A stretch of 64,000 nucleotides of DNA, taken from assembly GCF_009914755.1 (NCBI RefSeq), contig NC_060936.1, one strand, 5' to 3'. Source of the DNA: the human T2T-CHM13v2.0 reference genome, Homo sapiens. Below are positions 31,600 to 44,262 of the stretch, in pieces. The notes under the pieces were generated by a model. It saw only the letters and a program-made list of their open reading frames with translations. It did no database searches and had not been told where the DNA came from. Position 1 is the first letter of the stretch, and every line of letters begins with the position of its first letter. The position numbers and the translations under genes are program-made.

Positions 31600-34110
31600 T
31601 ATCACTGCTTTGAATGTGTCCCAGAGATTCCGGTATGTTGTGTCTTTGTTCTCATTGGTTTCAAAGAACATCTTTATTTCTGCCTTCATTTCGTTTTGTA
31701 CCCAGTATTCATTCAGGAGCAGGTTGTTCAGTTTCCATGTAGTTGAGCGGTTTTGAGTGAGTTTCTTAACCCTGAGTTCTAGTTTGATTGCACTGTGGTC
31801 TGAGAGACAGTTTGTTATAATTTCTGTTATTTTACATTTGCTGAGGAGAGCTTTACTTCCAACTATGTGGTCAATTTTGGAATAGGTGTGGTGTGGTGCT
31901 GAAAAAAATGTATATTCTGTTGATTTGGGGTGGAGAGTTCTGTAGATGTCTATTAGGTCTGCTTGGCGCAGAGCTGAGTTCAATTCCTGGATATCCTTGT
32001 TAACTTTCTGTCTCGTTGATCTGTCTAATGTTGACAGTTGGGTGTTAAAGTCTCCCATTATTATTATGTGGGAGTCTAAGTCTCTTTGTAGGTCTCTAAG
32101 GACTTGCTTTATGAATCTGGGTGCTCCTGTATTGGGTGCATATATATTTAGGATACTTAGCTCTTCTTGTTGAACTGATCCCTTTGCCACTATGCGATGG
32201 CCTTCTTTGTCTCTTTTAATCTTTGTTGGTTTTAAGTCTGTTTCATCAGAGACTAGGATTGCAACCCCTGCTTTTTTTTTTTTTTTTTGCTTTCCTTTTG
32301 TCTGGTAGATCTTCCTCCATCCCCTTATTTTGAGCCAATATGTGTCTCTGCACATGAGATGGGTCTCCTGAATAGAGCACACTGATGGGTCTTGACTCTA
32401 TATCCAATTTGCCAGTCTGTGTGTTTTAACAGGGGAATTTAGCCCATTTACATTTAAGGTTAATATTGTTAATGTGTGAATTTGATCCTGTCATTATGAT
32501 GTTAGATGGTTATTTTGCCCGTTAGTTGATGAAGTTTCTTCCTAGCCTTGATGGTCTTTACAATTTGTCATGTTTTTGCGGTGCCTGGTACTGGTTGTTC
32601 CTTTCCATGTTTAGTGCTTCCTTCAGGTGCTCTAATAAGGCAGGCCTGGTGGTGACAAAATCTCTCAGCATTTGTTTGTCTGTAAAGGATTTTATTTCTC
32701 CTTCACTTATGAAGTTTAGTTTGGCTGGATTTGAAATTCTGGGTTGAAAATTGTTTTCTGTAAGAATTTTGAATATGGGCCCCCACTCTCTTCTAGCTTA
32801 TTGGGTTTCTGCTGAGATCCACTGTTAGTCTGATGGGCTTCCCTTTATGGGTAACCCAACCTTTCTCTCTGGCTGCCCTTAACATTTTTTCCTTCGTTTC
32901 AACCTTGGTGAATCTGACAATTATGTGTCTTGGGATTGCTCTTCTCAAGGAGTATCTTTGTGGTGTTCTCTGTATTTCCTGAATTTGAATGTTGGCCTGG
33001 CTTGCTAGGTTGGGGAAGTTCTCCTGGATAATATCCTGAAGAGTGTTTTCCAACTTGGTTCCATTCTCCCCGTCACTTTTGGGTACACCAATTAAATGTA
33101 GATTTGGTCTTTTCACATAGTCTCATATTTCTTGGAGGCTTTGTTCCTTTCTTTTTACTCTTTTTTCTCTAAACTTCTCCTCTTACTTTATTTCATTAAT
33201 TTAATCTTCAATCACTGATACCCTTTCTTCCACTTGATCAAATCGGCTATTGAAGCTTGTGCATGCTTACGTAGTTTTTGTGTCATGGTTTTCAGCTCCA
33301 CCAGGTCATATAAGGTCTTCTTTACACTGTTCTAGTTAACCATTTTTCTTATCTTTTTTCAAAGTTTTTAGCTTCTTTGCAATGGGTTTGAACATCCTCT
33401 TTAGCTCAGAGAAGTTTGTTATTACTGACCTTCTGAAGCCTACTCTGTCAGCTCGTCAGAGTCATTCTCCATCCAGCTTTGTTCCATTGCTGGCGTGGAG
33501 CTGCAATCCTTTGGAGGAGAAGAGGAACTCTGGTTTTTAGAATTTTCAGCTTTTCTGGTCTGGTTTCTCCCCATCTTTGTGGTTTTATCTACCTTTGGTC
33601 TTTGATGTTGGTGACCTACAGATGGAGTTTTGGTGTGGATGTCCTTTTTGTTGATGTTGATGCTATTCCTTTCTGTTTGTTAGTTTTCGTTCTAAGAGTC
33701 AGATCCCTCAGCTGCAGGTCTGTTGGTGTTTGCTGGAGGTTCACTCCAGACCCTGTTTGCCTGGGTATCACCAGCAGAGGCTGCAGAACAGCAAATATTG
33801 CAGAACAGCAAATATTGCTGTCTGATCCTTCCTCTGGAAGCTTCGTCCCAGAAAGGCACACACCCGTATGAGGTGTCAGTCAGCCCCTACTGGGAGATAT
33901 CTCCCAGTCAGGCTACTCAGGGGTCAGGGACCCACTTGAGGAGGCAGTCTGTCTGTTCTCAGAGCTCAAGCACTGTGCTGGGAGAACCACTGGTCTCTTC
34001 AGAGCTGTCAGACAGGGATATTTAAGTCTGCAGAAGTTTCTGCTGCCTTTTGTTCAGCTATGCCCTGCCCACAGAGCTGGGATCTACAGAGGCAGCAGGC
34101 CTTGCAGAGC
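31600..34110 (-). mobile_element. L1PA 5' half (partial 5'UTR, ORF1, ORF2 endonuclease domain)
   Basis: ORF 31570..32382 is the L1 EN domain (IQETHL...[17 protein letters not shown]...[10 protein letters not shown]). ORF 32793..33116 is the ORF1 C-terminus. 5'UTR sequence extends to ~34110. Confidence 0.95.
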
Positions 34111-35400
34111 TTATTGTGTTCTTTTGCTGGCAACATGTTTCCTTTGTTTTTGATGTTTCTTGTTGCTGTGCATTGACGTCTGTGCATCTGATGAAACAGT
34201 TACATGTTACAGACTTTATAGACTGGTTTTAGAGGGGGAAAACTTTCAACTATGAGTGAGTGCAAAAACACTGGCTGGGTGGGATGTTGCCCTTCCTGCT
34301 TTGGTGAGGGCACAGCAGTGTAGTCTCTGTGCAGCTCTGTCAAACTCAGACCGGGGCATGGGCACACCTGCTGCAGCATTGGCTCTGGTGTTTGCAGTGC
34401 AGGTGCTGGTGGAGTGGCCTGAGAGCCACAGTGACTCCAGGAGCTGACATGTGGGCTAATTTGCTGCGGCAGTGGCTTTGATGTCTGAGGCATGGCACTC
34501 ATAAAGTTATGATGGAGCCAGGGTCCAAAGCTTAGGTGTGTGAAGAGTGACTATAGCTTCAAGGCCAGGAGTGGGGCTAGCCTGCAGCAGTGGTGGGTCT
34601 GGTGACTGAGGCATAGGTACACATAGTGTGGCCATGGAGTCAGGGTCTGGAGTACAGAAATCTACAAAGTGATAGTTGCTCCACTCCAGGATGTGGGCTG
34701 ACTTACTATGGCAGTGGCTTAGATGCCCAAATATGGCCATTCATGGGGTGGTGGCAGAGCCTGGGTCACATGGATGTGCTCAGACTGGTCATGGCTCAGG
34801 GTGTGTTGTGGAGTCAGCCTTCAGTGATGGTGGCTCCCATGTCTGAAGTGTGGGTGTACATGATGTGGCCATGGAGTTGAGGTCTACAGCATAGGCATGG
34901 AGTAGCTGCAGCTTCAGGGTCTGGGGTCCCCACAGGAATGGGTTTTGGCCCTAGTCCAGCGATGGCACAAGAGTGGCTCCATTTTGGGATTAAGGGCACA
35001 GCAGTGTCTTCCTATTCAGGGCATTTGCATGGGGACAATGTCTGTGTGTTGCCTCAGTGGTGAAAGCTACCAGCATCCTCCGCAAAGGACTGCATTGACG
35101 TCCACCATGTGTCTGATACTGATAGCCCCTGCTTTCTTCTTTTTTCCTAGCCATCTCCAGATGTCTTGGGTATGCCAGTCTCCTCAGTGACCTTTTCTGT
35201 TTGTGATTATTCTCCTTTTTTTTTTTTTTTTTACTCCACTGTGTTGCTTCAGGTTCTTGATTGAAACCTTCAACCCTCCCAACGCTCTCTTCAGTGTTCG
35301 ATATCTGTCCAGTTGTGTGTGTTTTTGTGTGTAGGTTGAGGGGGGGGATGAGGGATGGTAACTCCTACTCTGCTATTTTGCTGACATCACTCCCTTGTCT
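34110..35400 (-). mobile_element. Old L1M 5'-region remnant
   Basis: GC-richer degenerate tandem units typical of old L1 5'UTRs, ending CTACTCTGCTATTTTGCTGACATCAC. Confidence 0.5.
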
Positions 35401-35510
35401 TAAGCAAATTTAAGTAGATTTATTTTTGTAGGAGTTTCAGAATATTTTTTTACATGACAATATGCATCATAAATCTTCAAAGTAGGATGCAGAGATATAA
35501 AGGGTTTTTC

Positions 35511-35812
35511 TTTTCTTTTTTTTTTTTTTTTTGAGACAGGGTCTTGCTTTGTCACCCAGGCTGGAATGCAGAGATGTGACCTCGGCTCACTACAACCTCC
35601 ACCTCCTGAGTTCAAGCGTTTCTCGTGCCTCAGCCATCATAATAGTTAGGATTACAGGCACCCACTACCACACTCAGCTAATTTTTGTATTTTTGATAGA
35701 GACAGGTTTCACCATTTTGCCTGCCGGTCTCAAACTCCTGAGCTCAAGCCATCCACCTGCCTCAGCCTCCCAAAGTGCTGGGATTACAGGCGTGAGCCAC
35801 CACACCCAGCCC
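35511..35812 (-). mobile_element. Alu (J/old S) with TSD AAAGGGTTTTTC
   Basis: Antisense Alu; TSD at 35499-35510 and 35813-35824. Confidence 0.9.
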
Positions 35813-36203
35813 AAAGGGTTTTTCAATTAATTTTTTATGGAATACTTATAAATATGTCACCAAATAGTATTCTGTGACATATCTGTTGGGGAATCAGTGC
35901 TGTAGGCTGTAGAATTTAGAGGTCTAGGCACATATGGCAATGCATAATATAGTGTGTAATTCATAAAACAAATATTGTCAATACAGACTATGTAGACCCA
36001 ATGACTTATTTTCTATTTATTCAGAAAATATATACAGCAGGTTTATTTTGTGACAAGATATTTCCTAGATAGGAATAAGGAAGTAAAAAAAAGAGTTCTT
36101 GTTCTTATATAGATTGCATGCTAGTGTTCTAGTGGAAAGATGCAACAAATAAATAAAAAATACATCATATATAATATATGTGCTTTAAAGATGCATAGAA
36201 GCA

Positions 36204-36305
36204 GTGCTTTCTTCAGCAGCACATATATTAAAATTAGAACGATACAGAGAAGATTAGCATGGCTGCTGTGCAAGAATAATATGCAAATTTATGAAATATT
36301 CCATA
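36204..36305 (+). pseudogene. U6 snRNA processed pseudogene
   Basis: GTGCTTTCTTCAGCAGCACATATATTAAAATTAGAACGATACAGAGAAGATTAGCATGG...TTCCATA is a full-length diverged U6. It has an A-rich tail and the TSD ATGCA(T/C)AGAAGCA at 36191-36203 and 36328-36340. Confidence 0.93.
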
Positions 36306-36344
36306 CAAAAAACAAAACAAATTTTTAATGCACAGAAGCAGAAT

Positions 36345-36860
36345 GGAGGAAAAGGGAGTGACAGTGGGGTACTAATTTACTTAAGGTATTTAGGGAAGCC
36401 TCTCTGTTAAGGTGACATTTGAGCAATTGCTTCAAGGAAGAGAAAAATTATACCAGAGAGATAGCTGAGGAAAAGTTTTCGGTTGAATTACGAGTTCCAA
36501 GGCTCCAAAACTTGCCAATCCTTAAAAGAAAAATAAGCGTGAATGGAGGTGTGTTTTGGAAGAGAAGCTCAGTGAAGCAGAGAAATTTGGTCACATAGTG
36601 CTTTCTAGGTCATGATAAAGAGTTTTAAATTTTATTCTGAGCAAGATAAGGAGCCTTTGTAGGCTTTGAGGTGAAGAATGACATGATTTCAATTCACTTT
36701 AAAATAAAGAAATTCCACAGACACAGAATCCTGGGGCATGAGAATGTTTTACATGGGGTGGGGGAGGGGAACTCAGAGGTTTTTGTTTTCTTTTTTGTTG
36801 TTGTTTTTACACATTCCAAGTTTGAAATCTCTGTGATGCTTTTGAGAGGGATGTGAAGAC
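36345..36860. mobile_element. L2 fragment
   Basis: AGGGAAGCCTCTCTG..AAGGTGACATTTGAGCA and TTTTATTCTGAG L2 motifs. Confidence 0.6.
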
Positions 36861-37190
36861 ACTATTCTTAGAAAATTAAGACAATCCTCTGCCTTGGAAA
36901 ATAACAACTCAATCTGTTTTTCTAGAATGAATGGATAGGCAAATATTATTTCTGTCTTTAAAATATTAAAGTTATTTTAAATCATAGCATATATGGCACT
37001 TTGCTCAAGGGGAGGAATGGTGTGGATATAAACATTTTGGAGTAAAAAATATGGCCATTATTGACAATTAGTTGAAGCCTGCCTCTGTTCCTGATCAGAG
37101 ACATTGGAATGCAATAATTCCAAGTGGAATCCCATTTTTTTTGTCTATCAGACGGTAGATGGTAGACCCTTGATGATAATGATTTTATGG

Positions 37191-37647
37191 TGCTATGATT
37201 TGGATATGTGTCTTCTCCAAACCATATGTTGAAATTTCATCTGAATGTTAGACGTGGGGCCTAATGAGAGGTGTTTGGGTCATGGGGTGAATCCCTCATA
37301 AATAGATTAGTGCTTTCTCTCAAAAGTGAGTGAGTTCTCACTCATTAGTTCCCTCAAGATCTGGTTGATAAACACAGCCTGGCAACTCCCTTTTCCCTTT
37401 TGCCTCCTCTCTTGCCATACGATCTTTGCATAAGCCAATTTCCCTTCACTTTCTGCTAGGAGTGGGAGTAGCCTGAGGCCGTCATCAAATGCAGATGCCT
37501 AATCTCGAACTTTCAAGCCATCCAGTATCATGAACCTAATAAACCTTACATCTTTATAAATTACCCAGCCTCATGTATTTCTTTACAGTGATGGATTGCT
37601 ATGGAATAAAAAGTCTTAATAGACTTAGTCCTAAATGGACTAAGACA
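37191..37647 (+). mobile_element. MST (MaLR) solo LTR with 5-bp TSD TATGG
   Basis: TGCTATGATTTGGAT...GGACTAAGACA; TSD at 37186-37190 and 37648-37652. Confidence 0.88.
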
Positions 37648-37865
37648 TATGGTATTAATCTTCATATTCCCAACATCTGTCCTATTACTGGGACTACAAT
37701 TTTTTCTAAGTAATGAATTAATTATTTCAAAAGCACAAAAATTTGTGCTTTTGAATCTTCAAAACACTTAATGTTCTCTGAAATCGACCCCTTTTATTGG
37801 ATTTCCATTAATGAGGCAAAATTCTGATTTTTTCTCTTTGAAATTGAAGTATATCAATAATTTAG

Positions 37866-38618
37866 AGCAGTTCATCATCACTGGCCATCAGAGAAATGCA
37901 AATCAAAACCACAATGAGATACCATCTCACACCAGTTAGAATGGCAATCATTAAAAAGTCAGGAAACAACAGGTGCTGGAGAGGATGTGGAGAAATAGGA
38001 ACACTTTTACACTGTTGATGGGACTGTAAAGTAGTTCAACCATTGTGGAAGACAGTGTGGTGATTCCTCAAGGATTTAGAACTAGAAATATCATTTGACC
38101 CAGTCATCCCATTACTGGGTATATACCCAAAGGATTATAAATCATGCTGCTATAAAGATACAGGCACACGTGCAGCACTATTCACAATAGCAAAGTCTTG
38201 GAACCAACCCAAATGTCCATCAGTGATACAATGGATTAAGAAAATGTGGCACATATTCACCATGGAATACTATGCAGCCATAAAAAAGGATGAGTTCATG
38301 TCCTTTGTAGGGACATGGATGAGGCTGGAAACCATCATTCTGAGCAAACTGTCACAAGGACAGAAAATGAAACACCGCATGTTCTCACTCATAGGTGGGA
38401 ATTGAACAATGAGAACACTTGGACACAGGGTGGGGAACACCACACACTGAGAACTGTTGTGGGGTTGCGGGAGTGGGGAGGGATAGCATTAGGAGATATA
38501 CCTAATATAAATGATGAGTTAATGGGTGCAGCACACCAGCATGGCGCATGTATACGTATGTAAGAAACCTGCATGTTATGCCCATGTACCCTAGAACTTA
38601 AAGTATAACAAAAAAAAA
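37866..38618 (+). mobile_element. L1PA 3' end
   Basis: ORF2 end (KKDEFMSFVGTWM.LETIILSKL) and 3'UTR ending CCTAGAACTTAAAGTATAA followed by poly(A). Confidence 0.93.
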
Positions 38619-39119
38619 TCATCACATAAACAAACAAACAAAAATTTAGAGTAGTTGTGTTTATAATTACATTAGACAAAACAGACTTTAAGTCAATATC
38701 TGTCACGAAAGGCAAAATTGATAAGTGTTCCCTCTTCTGTTGTTTGTAATACTTTGATGGGAATTGATGTTAGTTATTTTTTAGATATTTATTAGAGTTC
38801 TCCAGTGAAGCTGTCTGATCCTAGAGTTTTCTTTTTTGGATAGTTTGATTATGAGTCAATCTCCTTATTTGTTATTGGAATGTTTAGGCTGTTTCTTCTT
38901 GATTCAGTCTTGGTAGTTTGTATGTTTCTGGGGATTTATCCATTTCCTCTAAGTTATCTAATTTGTTGGCATAAAATTTTTTATAATAGTTCCTTATGGT
39001 TCTTTTTATTTCTGTGGCATCTGATATAGTTTGGATGTTTCCTCCAAACCTCATGTTGAAATGTAATCTCTAATGTTGGAGGTGGTGCATGGTGGGAGGT
39101 GATTGGATCATGGAGGCAA

Positions 39120-41950
39120 AGAAAGTTATCAACTCATTCTATGAAATCAGTATCACCCTGATACCAAAGCCACATAAAGACACTGCAAAAAAAGAAAAGT
39201 ATAGCTCAATATCCCTAATTAACTTAGTTTGCAACTAATGAACTTAAAAAGCACATAAAAAGTATAATACAACATGAACAAGTGACATTTAGCCCTAGTA
39301 TGCAAGTATCATTCAATATAATTAATCAATGTGATACAGTATATCAACAAAATGAAGCATAAAAATTATATGATCATCTAAATAGATGAAGAAGAGTATT
39401 TGACAAAATTTCATACCCTTTTATTATAAAATCCTCAACAAATTAGGTGTAGAAAGAATTTAACTTAATCAATAAAGACCATATTTGAAAAGCATCATAT
39501 CTACTATCATATTCAATGGTGAAAAACTGAAAGATTTTTCTCTAAAATCTGGATCAAGACAAGGATGCCTCTCTCATCATTTCAACATAGTATTGAATGT
39601 TCCAGCCTGAGCAATTAGGCAAGAAAAATAAATAAAAAGCATCCAAATACAGGAGGAATAAGTTAATTTATCTGTTTACAGATAAAATGACCTTACATAT
39701 AGAAAATCCTAAAAACTTCACAAAGACTATTAGAACTAATGAACAATTTCAGCATAGTTGCAGGATGCAAAATAAACACACAGAATTCAGTTGTATTTCT
39801 ATGCACTAACAACAAATTATCTGAAAAGGAAATTAAGAAAACTACCCCATTTACAGTAGCATCAAAAAGAATACAATACTTATGAATAAACCTAACCAAG
39901 GAGGTGAAAGACTTATGTGCTGAAAGGCATAAAACACTGAAGAAAGAAATTAAAGCTGGTGGAGATAAATGGAAAGACATCCTGTGTTCATGGATTGGAA
40001 GAATTAATGTTATTACAATGTCCATGCTACCAAAGTGGCCTACAGATTCACCCTCTCCCTAACAAAATCCTAATGACATTTTTACAGAAATATTAAAAAC
40101 AATTCTACAATTTATATGAAACAATTCCACAATTTATATGACTTCAAATAGTCAAATAATTCTTGAACAAGAAAAACAAAGCTGGAGGCATCACACTTCA
40201 TAATTTCAACATATATTACAAAGCTACAGTAATCAATTTGGTACTTGTATAAAGATAGACATATAGACAAATAGAATAGAATTGAGTGTCTAGAAATAAA
40301 CCCTCATATACATGGTCAACTGACCTTTAACAATGGTGCCAAGAATACACAATGGGGAAAAGATAATATCTTCAACAAATGGTGTAGGAAATACTGAATA
40401 TCCACAGGCAAAAGAATGAAATTGGACGCTTATCTTACACCAAACACAAAAATAGAAAAGGATTAAATGTATGACCAGAAACTGTAAAACTTCTAAAAGA
40501 AAATTTCAAGGAAAAGTTTCGTGACATTGGTCTTGGAGGTGATTTCATGGACACAACACTGAAAGCACCAGCAACAAAACCAAAAATAAGCAAATGAAAC
40601 TACATCAAACCAAAAGTTTCAGCCTAGTAAATGAGACAATCACAGAGTGAAAAGGCAATCTACAGATTCTTTTGCAAACCATGTATATGATAAGAGATTA
40701 ATATCCAAAATATATAGGGAGCTCCTACAACTCAATAGCAGAAAAGCTAATAACTTGATTTAAAAAATGGAGAAAGGGCCAGGCACGGTGGCTCATGCCT
40801 ATAATCCCAGCACTCTGGGAGGCCAAGGCAGATGGATTGTTTGAGCTCAGGAGTTGCAGACCAGCCTAGGCAACATAGTGGAGCACTGTCTCTACAAAAA
40901 ATACAAAAGTTAGCCAGGCATGGTTACCTGGGGGTTGAGGCTGGAGGATTACTTGAGCCAGAGAGGTAGAGGATACAGTGAGCCGTGATTGTGCCACTGA
41001 ACTCCAGCCTGGGCAACAGAGCAAGATCTTGTGTCAAAAAATAATAATAATAAAAAGTGGACAAAGTACTTGAGTAGACATTTCTACAAAGAAGACACAC
41101 AAATAACAATAGCTTTATGAAAAAATGCTGAACATCACTAATCATCAGGGAAATGCAAATCAAAATCACAGTAAGGAATCCTCTCAGATTTGTCAGGATG
41201 GCTATTCTCACAGAAACAAATGACTCCAAGTATTGATGATGTGGAGAAATTGGAATGCTTGTATACTGTTGGTGGGAACGCAAAATAGTGAAGCCAAATG
41301 AAACAAAATGAAATAACGACATGGTGCAGATGCTATGACAAACAGTATGGAGATTCCTTTAAAAATTAAATGTAGAACTATAATGTGATCCAGAAATTTC
41401 ATTTCTGGGTATTTATCCAAAAGAATCAAAATCAGGATCTTAAAGAGATATTAGCACTTCTATGTTCATTACAGCATTATTTACAATACGCAAGACACAG
41501 AAACAGCCCAAGTATACTTGGACAGATGAAAGGCTAAAGAAAATGTGGTTTGTGGTACATACAACGGAATATTATAACAAAAAGAAGACAATCCGATGTG
41601 ACAACATGGATGGGCCTTGAGGACATTATTTTAAGTGAAATGAGCTAGTGACAGAAAGACAAAGATTGCATAATTTTACCTTTATAAGCAATCTAAAATA
41701 GTCAAATTCACAACATCAAAGAATAGAATGAGTGGAATGATGGTTGCCAGGGACTGTCAGTATGGAAAAATTGGTCATTGTTAATCAACAAACATAAAAT
41801 TTCAGTTAAGCACGATACATAAGTTCTAGCGATCTGTTGTACAACATTGTCCCTGTAGTCAATGACACTGTATTGTATACTTAAAAATTTATTAAGATGG
41901 TAGATCTCATGTTAAATGTTCTTACCACAATAAAATGAAATTTTTAAAAA
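39120..41950 (+). mobile_element. L1MA-type ORF2/3' portion, interrupted by an AluJ
   Basis: Degenerate ORF2 sequence and an L1MA 3'UTR (GTAGATCTCATGTTAAATGTTCTTACCACAATAAA). Confidence 0.85.
40777..41055 (+). mobile_element. AluJ
   Basis: Sense Alu with internal deletion and (TAA)n tail. Confidence 0.88.
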
Positions 41951-41961
41951 TTAAAAATTGA

Positions 41962-42250
41962 AGCCTGGCATAGTGGCTCACGTCTGTAATCCCAGCATTT
42001 TGGGAAGCTGAGGCAGGCAGGTCACTTGAATCTAGGAGTTTGAGACCAGCGTAGGCAACATGGTGAAACCCTGTTTCTACTTAAAAATACAAAAATTACC
42101 TGGGTGTGGTGGTGCATGCCTGTAGTCCCAGTTACTTGAGGAGCTGAGGTGGGAGAATTGCTTGAACTCAGAAGGTCGAGGATGTAATGAGTCAAGATTG
42201 CACCACTGCACTCCAGCTTGGGCAACTGATGAAACCTTTTCTCAAAAAAA
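41962..42250 (+). mobile_element. AluJ-like
   Basis: Sense dimeric Alu; source of the inverted copy at 42720-42884. Confidence 0.88.
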
Positions 42251-42719
42251 ATTACAAATTAAAAAAGGCAGCATATTGGCTTCTTCAAATAATCCGCTTA
42301 TTTAATCTGTGATAAGATCAGAATTTAATCACAATGAAATTTTACCTTGTTTTTGATTATTTTAAATTATTTTAAAGTCAACAACTACAAACATACATTT
42401 CCTCATGCAAAATTAATACATTTTACAAAAGGCTAAAATTGATTTGCACCTCAACCCTGTTACCATTCCCAGCTACAAATATATAATCAATTTATTTTCT
42501 AGTATTTCATATTAATGGTCTGAGAGGCAGTGGGAACTATAGAAGTTCTCAGTCATGCATTCAACTGCTAATGTAATCTGACACTGAAAATTTATTCCAG
42601 TGAGTGGGCAAATAATCGTCAATAGTACATATAGGGAGAGGAGAGGTGGGGCAGCAAAAAGGGTGCATCCACCCTCATTTTCCCTATTTCAAGAGTTAAA
42701 AGTCATTACTTTCTGGGAT

Positions 42720-42884
42720 TGGTGCAATCTTGACTCACTACATCTTCGACCTTCAAGCAATTCTCCCACCTCAGCTCCTCAAGTAACTGGGACTACAGGC
42801 ATGCACAACCACACCCAGGTAATTTTTGTATTTGTAAGTAGAAACAGGGTTTCACCATGTTGCCTACGCTGGTCTCAAACTCCT
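42720..42884 (-). repeat. Inverted local duplicate of Alu segment 42034-42205
   Basis: Reverse complement differing by 4 substitutions and one 7-nt deletion; shares the private mutations of the neighbouring Alu. Confidence 0.9.
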
Positions 42885-43948
42885 GTCATAAATACTGCCT
42901 GTCATAAATCATTCTCTGCTGACCATTTCTCTTGGAATTTATTGGAATTGTAATAAATTAAGGAAATGTATGACCTGGTATCTAGTTAATGCCTAAAACA
43001 CTTCATGTTATCCTTTGCCCAACTGGCTAATAACAAGGCTGTGATAAGTTTAAGGTAAGGCTTCTCAGTGATCCAACCAGCTTCCCCTTTTATAGTAAGG
43101 AATATACTTTGAAAATGTAAATATAACATGTTTATTGAATAGTGAAAACAACTTTCTGTTTTGTAATTTTTGTATGAAACAATCTTTACACATAAACTCC
43201 ATCTCCAGAGTACTTCCGAAATGTAATGGAGTCTGCTCAATTGTGGGTAGGAAATAACAGCAGATCTTCCAGTGTGTGGAGGGTTTTTCCCCGAACCACT
43301 ACTGACCATACAATTACATCTCTGGACACAAGCATGACTCTTAATGTTTATGCATGTTCAGTTGTTTCTTATTACTTTTGCTCAACCTATCTAACCTTTT
43401 GAGATTTTGACTACTGATTCTGATCATAGGAGATCATTCCACTCCATTGTATGTCATCTCAGAGCTCTGACCAATGTGCCCTGTATCTAAGTAAATGAGC
43501 TGGTTGTAATGTGTACACATTTTCTAAGAAAAATTTTTGCATAAGCAGAAACACTGGGATGAAGTAGGAGGTTTGGGGCTATCATTTCCACTTTTTGACA
43601 ATTTTATTTCCTTTGAGGTTTGTCCCCAGAGAGCTTAGTAACCATGTTTGTAGTTACATGAGTCCATCTTTTGGCTACACTTGCTCTAGGCTATCAAAAT
43701 TAAATTCTCCCTCACATAGATTCCGAATGAAAGCTGAGAAATATGAGTCCACGATTTGGGGAACCAAATCTTGCTGATGGCAGAGCTCTAGGTTTAAGAT
43801 CCACAAATGCTTTTGTGTCTGAGATTCCCCAAGCTACATCAACCCTATGCTTGTGGGGCCTGGTTGTTCTGCTCTACGGATTCTGGGAAATGCACAAGCA
43901 GCCTTCCTATACATTCATTTTTCATTAGCAGCTTTTAGCAAGCTTCTT

Positions 43949-43950
43949 TC

Positions 43951-43985
<35 letters not shown>

Positions 43986-44262
43986 GAGACAGGATCTCAC
44001 CGTTGCCCAGGCTGAAGTGAAGCGGCATGACCATGGATCGCAGCACAACCTCCTGGGCTCAGGTGATCCTTTCACCTCAGCCTCCCGAGTAGTTGGAATT
44101 ACAGGCAAGCACCACTACGCCCAACTAATTTTTTGTATCTTCAGCAGAAATGAGATTTTGCCATGTTTTCCAGGCTGGTCTGGAACTCCTGGGCTCAAAC
44201 AATTTGCTTACCTGGGCTTCCCAAAGTGCTGAGATTACAGCACTGAGCTACCATGCCTGGCC
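43949..44262 (-). mobile_element. AluJ
   Basis: Antisense Alu with (CTTTT)n/poly(T) head. Confidence 0.88.

Noticed and set aside
31570-32382. 270-aa endonuclease ORF as a novel nuclease gene
   Set aside because: It is the standard L1 ORF2 APE-like EN domain from a truncated, mutated L1PA.
36204-36305. Functional U6 snRNA gene
   Set aside because: Many substitutions, an A-tail and a TSD instead of a T-run terminator, and no recognisable upstream PSE: a retropseudogene.
43200-43340. Possible CCP/sushi-like exon (FQCVEGF)
   Set aside because: In-frame stops on both sides and no other conserved Cys/Trp; insufficient support.
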